Below are positions 47,777 to 58,454 of a stretch of 64,000 nt of DNA, one piece after another. A program made the position numbers and the translations under genes. The notes beneath the pieces were generated by a model. The model was not told the DNA's origin, did not search any database, and saw only the letters and a list, made by a program, of their open reading frames with translations. The stretch is from Coniocarpon cinnabarinum (lineage: Eukaryota). Every line of letters begins with the position of its first letter. The stretch's first letter is position 1. The stretch covers positions 1 to 64,000 of the forward strand of contig JAVECO010000101.1 in the NCBI GenBank assembly GCA_051942205.1, read 5' to 3'.

Positions 47777-49932
47777 ATGGTCTCCTTCCGTGCGCTGGCC
47801 ATCAGCCTGACGGCCGCCTCCTCTTTCGCGCTCCACGCCGTCGCCGAAGACGCTCAGCCCCAGCAGGCACAGATTGGGAACGACGCCGCAATCCAGGTGG
47901 CATCAGAAGGCGTTGACAGCGAACAACTTCATCAAGCACTGCACGAAGTCAAGCCGGCCTACGAAGATGGTGTCTTTGACTCAGACGCCTCGGCGGTGGA
48001 AGCTATTGCGAACGAAGATCCCGACGCAGCCTTGCAACTGGTGTCTATGGCGCGATTCGATCTCGTAAAGCGACAGACCGACAACACGTCTATCCCTTCA
48101 ACTTCTTCGAGCACGCCAACCACCATCAGCTCGCCAACTACTTCCATCACCTATCCCACCACCACCACCACTTCAGTCGCTACGCCCACGACAACACCCA
48201 GCGCCACGCCCACGACGACGCCATTACCGCCAACCACCACGAACACACCGACGACTTCAAATACCCCGACGACGCCCTCATCACTGCCGACCACGACCAC
48301 ACCCACCTCCACGTACGTATCCTCTTCGCCGCAGACGTCGCAGACGACCACGTCCTCACCGATAACTACCAGCACGCCGAGTAGCGTTGTGACACCGTCT
48401 TCTCAACCGCGCACTTCGACGACGAACCCAGGTAAGTTTCTGCGATATCTGTTTCGACTCGAGAGCCTGAGTGTATCCCCTCCCTTTTGGTGTCCGTGAT
48501 GAGTATCGTCAGTGAGCGCGATGCTGCGATAATCCACCTGCACTTTGCCTTTGCCCTGCTTGCCCTCCAGCGTTGGGTTCTTTTGCATAGAGAAGCCACA
48601 CCACATCCTTCGATCCCGGCGAGTCCGAACTCGTCATCTTACTGAGCATAAAATCATTTGGACACGCAATTTTGGAGAGTCTTAGTCCTAGAAAATCCGG
48701 CAGACTCTAATAACTATGCTACAGTAACACAACCGTCAACGACCGAGCTATCGTCAACGACACCTACGACAACTTCTGTTCCGTTCTTGCCTTCGTCACC
48801 TGGGCCATCAACGACCTCAGTACAGCCTTCGTCCAATCCTTCCTCGCAGGGCTACTCTTCGGAGGAAACATCCACACAACAACCGGTTCCGTCATCTGCT
48901 CAGACTGAAACCTCGTCGGTTTCCTCCGCAGGTACTTCTTCCCCCACGTCCCCGATCGCCGCATCGCCTTCCACCGATTCGCAAGACTCGTCCGTAATCG
49001 ATACGTCCTCTTCCGCCGTGTCCGCCGTGGGTACCACGACGACTAGTTCCGTGCAAGAATCTGTAGGCTCAGCAGCGCCGTCCAGCGACACTGCTTTAGA
49101 AACGGGTACTTTCTCCAGTACTTTGTCCCCTTCTTCCCCAACCCCTTCGAGCACGTCAAGATTTGTGGCTTCGGCCATCACTACTTCTCGTGTGGCTGGC
49201 AGTCAAGATGGCAATCGTGATAGTACCTCCGTTCAAGATACTAGTACCATGACTCCTGCTGGGACTTCTCAGTCTGCTTCCGCTGCCCCTTCGTCGCCCT
49301 CTGCTCAGGCTCTAAGCTCTTCAAATGCTGAGAATCAAGACTCTGACACGACTTCCCTAGTCTCGAGCACGTCTGTTGCTCCAATCTCTTCTGCTCCTAC
49401 CAGCAGCAGCTCACAATTCACCTATTCCGTCGCTCCATCGACTGGTAGCGTCCCTATTCCAGTCACGACATCAACCAACGGTGCACCAGTCACCACCTCA
49501 ACATTTGTACCTATTTCGTCCATCACCTCTGCCCCGACCATCAGCGGCACCGACAATGTTCTCGTCACCACCGACCAGTACGGCCAAACCGTTACCCTCA
49601 GCGGTGCCACTGACGGTGCCGTCATTACAACTACTGACGCCGCTGGCAATGTCATTACCACGACCTATCACCCCGGCGGTGAGCCTATCCGCTCCGTCGC
49701 CGTCCAAACTAGCACATTACCAAACGGCGAGCGATCGACCCTCACGTCCGTCGCAGTCATCGTCCCTACCGTCGCTGCTTCCCAGCCGAACAACGCTGTC
49801 AGCACCAGTGCGCCTACCATGGACGGCCAGCCGGCTCTCGTCACTGGCAACGTTGCCGTGCAGAGCAGGAAGTTGGGACGTGAAGCCATCGCTTTGGTGG
49901 CTGGTGCAGCCGGTGTGGCAGCGCTGTTATAG
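47777..49932 (+). CDS. Secreted, probably GPI-anchored Ser/Thr-rich (mucin-like) cell-surface protein; exons 47777-48431 and 48725-49932 in the longest form (~620 aa)
   Basis: Signal peptide MVSFRALAISLTAASSFALHAVA, acidic pro-region ending in Kex2-like VKR, S/T/P stalk, hydrophobic C-terminus EAIALVAGAAGVAALL; intron GTAAGT..CTAAT..CAG. Confidence 0.82.
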
Positions 49933-50575
49933 GGAGGGTGATGCACAGGAGGGATTCAAATTCCAAGATATGTGTAAATGGTGGAATCTACAGAATGTCA
50001 CGGGTCACGAGTCGCATAATGGCAGCGTCAAATCGCATAATTGGCGGAGTAATGTGTAGCAATAGCACGAGCATAGCTTTCTTTCTCAATTGATGTTCCC
50101 AAAATTGCAACTGTGTGCGTATTCCTTCCAATTTGCCATTCTCGGTCGCGACCTGGAAATGATCGTGGGCCTCTGTGCGCTCTCTCCCGCCCTCGCCCCG
50201 TGCGGGCGTTCCATCCCGTGTGTTTCCCCATCACTCTGAGACAGCCACTTTGCCTTTTTGGCCCCCTGGGATTGTTGCGTCCCATGTGAACAGGTGGTGA
50301 GAGGATTCGAGGTGGGAAGGATGAGGCACGGCCACGCTGCCACTCCGTGCGTGCGTGCCTGTGCTCGAGCGGGTGGATGTATGCCATGTGTTCCATGCTA
50401 TTTGTTCTATCCTACTGAATTCCTACTTTTCGCATGCATCGAACGACTGTGCTTCTCGCTTTTGCGTGGTATTCTGTGCTGAGAGGAGCACTTTTAGCAT
50501 TGTTAACACTTTTGTTTCTGCTGTCGGTGAAGAGGAGCTCGATTTGAATTGATTTCTGGTAGAATTTTAAGAGTC

Positions 50576-51788
50576 ATGGAGGCTGCGTTGGAGAGTTGCC
50601 AGCATCCTATTCGACTTCCTACGAATGTTGTTTTGACTTTGTGGGTTTGATTGCTTCACCTCACCTCACTTCACCTTACCTCACTGATTCCCTCACCCCA
50701 CCCCACCTCGATCTGCCCAGATTCACCTCACTTTCTTTCACCTCAACTTGTCGAACACCACCTATACTAACAGCACTAAGTCTCCTCATCCTCATCCCCT
50801 TCACCTACCTCCTCCAAACACGCCGCCTCCTCCGCCAACCAACCGACACCTCCACCTCAATCTACCACGTCTTCCTCCACTCGGTGTACACCTCCCTCCA
50901 ACTCGCCGTCGTCATCTCCCAGCACGTCGCCGGCTCCCCGGTCTTCGGCTGCACCGACTTCTACGCCAACAGTCGCGTTTCGCACGCGGCGTCGCATCCG
51001 CACAATGGCACGCCAGACGGCGACAGAGTGAGCAATGGCGTCAGCAGTGGAGTCGAGATGTGGACGTTCATGCTGGGATTGGCGTTGCCGATTGCGGTGT
51101 GGATTGGCAGTGGGATTTGGTGCTATGAGCATATTCATGTGGAGTTTGTACGGGATCAGCCGGTCACGATGGATCATATTGTGGAGCAATTGGGAGCGCG
51201 GAGGGGTTACAAGAGCAAGTGGTGAGTCTTCAGTGTCCATCATTGCGCTGCTTCTGCGATCTTGAACGGGTGTAGACACAAGGGCTTGTGCTAACATTGC
51301 GTAATAGGCTGGACACACTCTTCGCTCTTTTCTTGGTCACGCTGCTGCTTCCGTTACTGGCATTCTTCGTGCTGACGCCATGGGCGCCGCTTCTGGCATT
51401 TGTGCCCATGGCAGGCATCATCGGCATCGCGCAGTTCGTTCCTGAAGTCATCTCGATGCGCCAGAACAAAAGCGGCGGCGGTCTGAGCAAGGTATTCTTG
51501 CAGAATCAAGCGATGCTTTTCTCGTTGCTGGCGGTGGGATGGGGATTAAGCGCCGGACCGTATCAGCCGGCCGACAGCGAGGTGAGGTGGGGCTCTGTGG
51601 GCTTGAGATGGTATTTCGGTGGTGGAGGCGTAGCGATCAATTTTGGCATTCACGCGGTGGGTCAGATGCTGATGCTGGTGTCTGGGTGGTTCTTTGAGGA
51701 GAAGGGGCGGAGAGATAGTTTGAGAGAGGAGGGAGAAGCTGGGGAGCGGACGAGCCTATTGGCGAGGCATGATCAGGTAGAAGAATGA
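50576..51788 (+). CDS. Multi-pass membrane protein, degenerate PQ-loop-like, 3 inferred exons (first 50576-50640, second from 50781)
   Basis: About 7 hydrophobic segments; FTYLLQ and QFVPEV at PQ positions, GGLSKVFLQNQA..WYFGGG..AVGQ; C-terminal ERTSLL di-leucine. Confidence 0.6.
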
Positions 51789-52080
51789 TTGAAAATGTCT
51801 GATTATGAGCTAGAGCGAATGTGACCATGTAAAATTCTGCACAAAACGTCAGTATATTCTGCATCAACGGCAAGGTGAAGAATTATGTGTCATTGTCATC
51901 TCTGTCATCGTTCCATGATCCTCTGTGTGTAAAACGACACAGGGTATGAGGTAAATTGGAAATGCTTCAAGCTTAGATCGTGTCGTGAAATGGCCGTCTT
52001 CTTTTATTGGAAGAGAGAGCTGTACATAATAATACACGTGCCTCAAACGTGGACACCTATGGTAGCGTCGAGGACAGTAG

Positions 52081-52473
52081 CTACGCTGGACGCCCGCCGT
52101 TGGCCATCATGGCTTCATTCTGCTCTTGAAATCTGAGCTGGATCCGCTCCTGGCTCTTCATGTTCTTGTCCCAACATCGATGCACACAGCCTTCCTCTCG
52201 AGAGGATACCGATTTGGAAGTGAAGTCGTCGATGCAGTCATTGAAGCACTTGTCGACGAGGCGAGAGTACATCTGAGGGAAGTGAAACGACGTCAGCAAG
52301 CCAAGCCGTAGGGATGTGAAGACGTGGGCATGCAACGTACGCTCATAAAGTCCCTCATTTGCCTCTTCTCCATGCGGCCTTGAAGCTCGGCTTGCTCCTG
52401 TTGATTGAGCCTGTTCAACCACGTCTGTTAGCGCGTGTACGTTGGGCATATGCGCAAGCACTTACGCGTCCAT
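52081..52473 (-). CDS. TIM9: Mitochondrial small TIM chaperone Tim9, 3 exons
   Basis: Spliced [60 protein letters not shown]; twin CX3C motif. Confidence 0.93.
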
Positions 52474-53121
52474 GATGGTGGTCTGTGTATTGAATTGGGG
52501 ACAGAGGCTGTCTGGAACTGGAGTTCGTGAAGCTCTGGCAGCTGTTCGGCGCTAGGCCAGTCCAGGAGCAATACTCGAAAAGCGACGGGCTGTATAGTAT
52601 TGGGGGGAAAAGTAGCGTCCGATGGCGAGTAGCGTGGACACAATCGGACGATCGAAAATTTCAGGAGCAGGCAGGAGGAAGGGCAAGTGTTCGAGGACAC
52701 CGATCTAGACCAAACGTCTTTGGAATTAGGAGGCAAGGATGGATTTTTGGGGATAGCGCATCAATTGCCCACAACGGGGCACTGTGTATAGGAGGAGCCA
52801 TCGTCGGGGATCGTGACACCGCGCAATCAAAGACACGCGGGCAGCAGCGTGTGGAACAAAGCAGGTTATCCTCCCTTCCACCTTGACACACGCTTGCATA
52901 CCTTATGTACTCTGTATTCCTCCGCCACGACGACGACGACGCCTGCCGGCCTGCATGCGCCCTCAAGCCACATCTGTCGCCCTCTTATCTCATTCGGCAC
53001 CTGCTCCACGGCCGTTGACGACCCACCAACATCCACCATTTTTTTCCCTGGGGCTCTGAACGTGTCGCCCATGCGAGCCGTCCTGCTTCACCTTCCGACA
53101 CGCGCATTCTAGCACGCAGCT

Positions 53122-53151
53122 AGCACTCCAGCACTCCAGCGCTCCAGCACC
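53122..53151. repeat. Short tandem repeat (AGCACTCC) x ~3.5
   Basis: Read directly in the TIM9/RhoGAP intergenic region. Confidence 0.6.
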
Positions 53152-53664
53152 CTAGTCCTTAGTCCTCCGCTCCACGCGCCTGCTCAACTCTTGTACCTGA
53201 AAGCAGCTCCGCCCCCATTTCTCTCTTCCTCACTGCTCCCAACTCGCCCACACCTTTCCTCCCCCACCGGCTCACCTATTCCAACTGCGGCAGACCCATT
53301 GGCATTCATCTCCCGTTGCAGCATATTGTGTCTACCTACTCATCTGGCTGGAGGCTGCTGCGACAGCAAGCACCCACTTGATTCGCGACTTTCACCACCC
53401 TCTCCGCTTGGCAGCACTATCCACCTTTCGGCACTGCGGACGTCACGCGCCTGAGCTTCTGCGCTTCTTTTCAGACCAGCGTCGCCGTCGCTCGGGCGTC
53501 GCTTTGTTACGGATTAGCAGCAGTCATCGTCACCACGTGTCGCAACATTGTCTACTCTCGGCTGTGTCTTCCATCAACGGTGCTTTGTCGTGTAGACCGC
53601 TGCAGAAGCGCGACTCTGCACGCGCTGAGTCTGAATTTCACGCCACCGCTGTCGCGCAACCACG

Positions 53665-56386
53665 ATGGCCTCTCTACAGACGCCCAGCGCCGGTGACTCA
53701 CACGAGACAAAGCGCGATCTGAGATCATGGTGGAAAAATTTTAGGAATCGCGAGAAGCAGGAAGAAGAGAAGCAAGGTGAGTCTCGCATTGCGTCAAGTC
53801 GCGCAAGCATGCAGTGCGCTTGCTACTCGGCGACCCCCAAGCTCTGCATTGCACCAGTATCACTGACTGACTGACTCCGCGCACAGCTGCTGTCACGGCC
53901 GCTGCGCCACCACCCAATCCCGGCATATTCGGCGTTCCCCTCCAGACGAGCATCATATATGCGAATGTCGCAATCTCCTTGACGAATAATCAAGGCCACG
54001 GCTTCATTTATGGCTACGTGCCAATCGTCGTCGCGAAATGCGGCGTGTTTCTCAAAGAAAGAGGTGCGATATGATGATGACGATCAAACATGACGCACCT
54101 TTGCTGACAAAACACAACACAGCCACTGATGTAGAAGGTATATTCCGACTTGCGGGTGCCGAAAGACGTATCAAAGAGCTCCAGGCGACGTTCAACTCTC
54201 CCAAGAAGTACGGCAAGGGCCTCGATTGGACAGGTTATACCGTCCACGATGCAGCCAACGTCCTGCGGAGATACATCAACCAGCTGCCCGAACCGATTAT
54301 CCCATTAGACTTTTATGAACGGTTCCGAGACCCGATTCGTGGGCACCAGGCCCAAGCTGTGGGAAACATGGGCGACCAGCAAAGACCTAGTGTGGGCGAG
54401 TTTAACTCAATGGCTGCGATCAAAACGTTCCAGAGTCTGATCACGGAAATCCCGCCTTTGAACCGACAGCTTCTGCTGTACATCCTCGACCTACTCGCCG
54501 TCTTCGCCTCTAAATCCGAAACGAACCAAATGAATGCACCCAACTTGGCCACCATCTTCCAGCCTGGGCTCTTGTCGCATCCGAGTCACAACATGGCGCC
54601 TGCAGAGTATCGACTCAGCCAAGACGTCTTGATCTATCTCATCGACAACCAAGATAACTTCTTGGTTGGTATGCAAGGAACTGCTGCAGACGAAAAGACC
54701 ATCCAAGAGGTGTCGGGCAGCGCTGCGGCGAACCGTAGTTCTGCTGCCGCGGCCGCTTCGCCCGGGAGCCGTCAAAAGCCCAATGTCGGGAGATCCACCT
54801 CGAACGCCAGTGCTGGCGCGGACAGTCTGCGAAAGTTTGGCGGCATCAGGCGCAATGTCTCCACTAGCTCAAGAAGGTCACGTCAATCGGGCCAGACACC
54901 AAGTCCAGTGACACCGCCCACGGAGAGCCCGTTCAATAAATCTGGTGGTGTTTACAGGAGCAACACAGTCCCTTCCAAGAGGTCTTCAAACTCCCCATCC
55001 GTTGGCACTGCACGTTTTGAGAGGGAGAAGAGTCAGCGACGAACTGGACAGCCTGGGACCACCGGGGCCGCTGTTGCAGCTGTTACTCAAGCACCAAACT
55101 CCACAGCTCCTGTTCCACCCATTCGAGGGTCCTCTGCTCAGGCAACGCTGTCCAAGACTCACGAGTCTACCCCGCGGCAGCGCGCCAACCAAGCTCGGCC
55201 CAGGGATCCAGAGCGGTTGTCGCCTCATCTGAGGCCAGTGAAAGACAAAGCAGCGCCAAATCCTGATCGGCAGCTGAGGATGGATTTACCGCCTTCAGTC
55301 TTCGGTCCCACCTCGCCAAACAGCTCTTCACCGAGGGACCGGCCATTTTCGAACTATTTTGGGGGTCGGTCTCCATCTGCTGACCCTGGAAAGGACGGTC
55401 GCAAGCCAAACAAGCTCCAGAAACGAAGACCAGAAGGAACACAGAACCTTGGAGCACACCCATCAAATCAGTCACTCAGTGGTACCAGTCATCCACCTTC
55501 ACCTGCAGCAGCTCCCCGCAATTTCACGTCACCTCGAGAGATGGCCGCAGATAGCAGGCATTCCGAACCACCTATGGAGACGATAGATCAAATGAGGGAT
55601 ACCGCCACTGCAAACACTCAGGCCGATAAGACGCCCAAGCCGAACGAAGCTCCTTCAACAGGAGCATTTCAAGCCCGAACAAATCCAACGCAGCTTCCGG
55701 AGTCAGGTCCTCACCGCTCGGACACTGTTCGACACGCACCAACCGGCCAAAGCCAAAGTCAGACGATGCCGATACATCTCAAGGACGCGCAAAACCGGGA
55801 TTCGAGCACGACCATCAAGCCACACAAATCACGACAGGGTTCGCCACAATCGAATTCCATGTCTATGACAGGTGATGAGCTATCGTCTCGTGAAAACACC
55901 GACGACGAGCCATCTGAGATGCAAGGGTCGAAATCTAAAAAAGGAAAAAAGCACTCTCGATGGCGTTTATCTACGTCCGCTCGTAAAGAAGCGAAAGACG
56001 CAAAATCAAGCACGAGTCCACGGATAGGTGACAGCACAGACGCTGATCGGAGCACTAGCTCAGTTGGCAGCTTTACGAAGCTGCCGCGGAAGTCATTCAC
56101 AGACGACTCCAAGGAATCCGCTGGCTATCAGACAGCAAGTAGTGAGCCTGAGGGCGGTGCCACGGAGAAGAAGGGACCTTTTGGGTGGTTCAAGAACAAA
56201 ATTTCCGATCGCAACAAGGAGCGAGAGGGAAAGGAGCGAGAAGAAAAGGAGCGCGCCAAGAGTCCGCCTCCGTCATTCAGCCGTGTGGATCCTGAAGGAC
56301 GAAGTCTTGACGCAGCCGTCGCAGGAGGACCTGTTCAAAATCAGGACAGAGGACGACCGATGGAGGCGGTGCCAGAGAACGAGTGA
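53665..56386 (+). CDS. SAC7: Rho GTPase-activating protein, Sac7/Bag7-like, 3 exons
   Basis: RDLRSWWKNF, GIFGVPLQTSIIYANVAIS..IYGYVPIVVAKCGVFLKE, EGIFRLAG (arginine finger), KYGKGLDW, NQMNAPNLATIFQP; long disordered tail. Confidence 0.88.
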
Positions 56387-57452
56387 AAGGGTCAAGAAAC
56401 CCATCTTGGGGGTCAGCATGGGCACACGGAAAAGCTTGGATTGACATTCACGATTGACGAGCGCGTTGTAGTTTGAACTGTCAACTACCAAAGTAGTAGC
56501 TGTATTACTTTTCTCGAAGCACAGACCATAAGGTTTTTTGGGCGCGGCTTGCCTTGCCTTGTTGGGTCGAACTTCCAACATTGACTCTTGGTGTCTCTGG
56601 CGTACTTGTGAACATACGAGCTTACACGTGTCCTGCTCGACGGTGGACTGGGAGCATTTCGCGACGGCTCACGCTCGAAAAGCGGCGATGGTGAAGTTTG
56701 CAGGGCGGCTCACGCGGGGCCATCCCTCCCGTCGAGGACATCAGCTCAAGGCTCGGCCGGCACCTCGCCTGAGGGCGGATTGATCCAACGCTGCGCCAAG
56801 AAATACACTCCCTGTTGGGTAATCAATGCTGCGCCAGAAGATGAGAGCATCGGCCGCTGCCAGAGAGCCAACGTGGAGTCTGACAGCATGGCATCTGCAG
56901 ACGCATCTAGCTAAGGGTGCCAAGGGGGAACAAGATTGAGTATCGTTGGGATTGATGTGGACTGTCGTGAAGCAAGATTCAAGCTTAGGCGTGGCCAAAA
57001 CACAACGGGCGATTCATCGACAAAGACGAAACCGCGTCGGGCTTTTGAGCTAAGCCGGCGTGGATGGATGGACAGGGTCAAGAGTCACAGGTGCTGCTGT
57101 GCGTCTTTGCAAGCGGCGTTTGGAAGTGCAGACGAAGAAAAAGTAGGCAGGTCAGGTGTATAGGGGCGACCGTTGCGAGTTTCGAGGACCAGGAGGCATG
57201 CTCGTCCTCGTCGACGGTGACAGGCTTTTGCAGTGCCGGGTGTAGGGCTGGTTACCTAATCATCTAGCGCGAGCCCCTATTACGCACCGGGTAAGCAGAC
57301 TGGCGCGCGCCTCGAATGGAACTCGGTGCTCCACTCGGCCAATCAGCGGCGGCCTCGGGGGTTGGCGTAGGATGGCACTTCTTCGGCGCGTCCACTTTCT
57401 GTCGACTGCAATTTCCCACCGCTCAGCCTCTTTGCTCTTTGGGCAACGTCTT

Positions 57453-57472
57453 GTCTCGTCTCGTCTCGTCTC
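57453..57472. repeat. Microsatellite (GTCTC)x4
   Basis: Read directly upstream of the tyrosinase. Confidence 0.65.
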
Positions 57473-57727
57473 TCTCTAAGCCCGGCGCCGACCGGGTCTC
57501 TCTTCAGGGGCTCGACCCATCCACGACCTCTTCCCAACGACGCTGTCAGATGGGGTTGGCGACAGGCGATGATCTGAACCGGGCGCAGATCCCTACGAGA
57601 GCCTCACGGCTGACGGCCTCAGAGGATCTTTTTTGGGACAAAGTTGCATCCATCAGCCGGGGAGCCGCCCGTGCCCCGCAAAAAAAAGAAACAAAGATCA
57701 TGTGCGCCGAAGCGCTCTCTGTGCTCC

Positions 57728-57760
57728 TGCTGGATGCTGGATGCTGGATGCTGGGTGCTG
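57728..57760. repeat. Short tandem repeat (TGCTGGA) x ~4.5
   Basis: Read directly upstream of the tyrosinase. Confidence 0.65.
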
Positions 57761-58454
57761 TCCTGCGCGCTGGTCGACCACCGACGACGAACACCATCTC
57801 CACCACTTTGTGGGCTGGTTGACGGCGGTGCCCCCTGAGCAGCGCTCCACATCGTCACCTACACGCCCACACGCCCACACGAGCGCCAGTTGCAGCCTTC
57901 TGGCACCCACGCGCCGCAGACCAATGACGCTGGCGGGAGAAGCGGCAAGACAGGCCAGCCAAACGAGCCGCGTCGTCGCCGGCGAGCCAGACGCCCAGAC
58001 GAAGCGGATGCTGAAACGGGCGGTGGTGCTACGCTCAAAGAGGGCGAGTGACTGCCCGCTGCACACTGCGCACGCTGCGCCTGTCCTCCCCCTGTCAGTT
58101 GCGACACTCCCACCCTTCCTCCTTCTGCTGTAGCTCCCTTCTCCGTGCTTCGTACCCTACCCACTGCTGCCATATCCTGCCCCGTCCGTCCTCATCCTTC
58201 TCCTTCTTCCCACCGCCCCTCTCCCTCCACGCCTTTTTCTTTGTCCTCTACTACATTGTCTCTAATTGTCTTTGTCGCTTCGATCCTTGTGCGCACGCTC
58301 TTCCTTCGTTTGGGCAAAAGCACCTTCTTTCCCTCAGCGAGCCCGCCTCCCGCAGGGCTATCCAGCCGTACTGTAATTCTCGCATCTCGCGTCTCGCGAC
58401 TCGCCGTCACTCGTTTTCTCTGCATTTCTGGCATAGACGCATCCAGTAGTAATC

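Noticed and set aside
647..52473. Apparent redox/mitochondrial theme (Nox, NAD kinase, NDUFB8, QCR8, PHB1, TIM9)
   Set aside because: Genes are interspersed with unrelated housekeeping loci over 50 kb; no support for one functional cluster beyond the head-to-head pairs.
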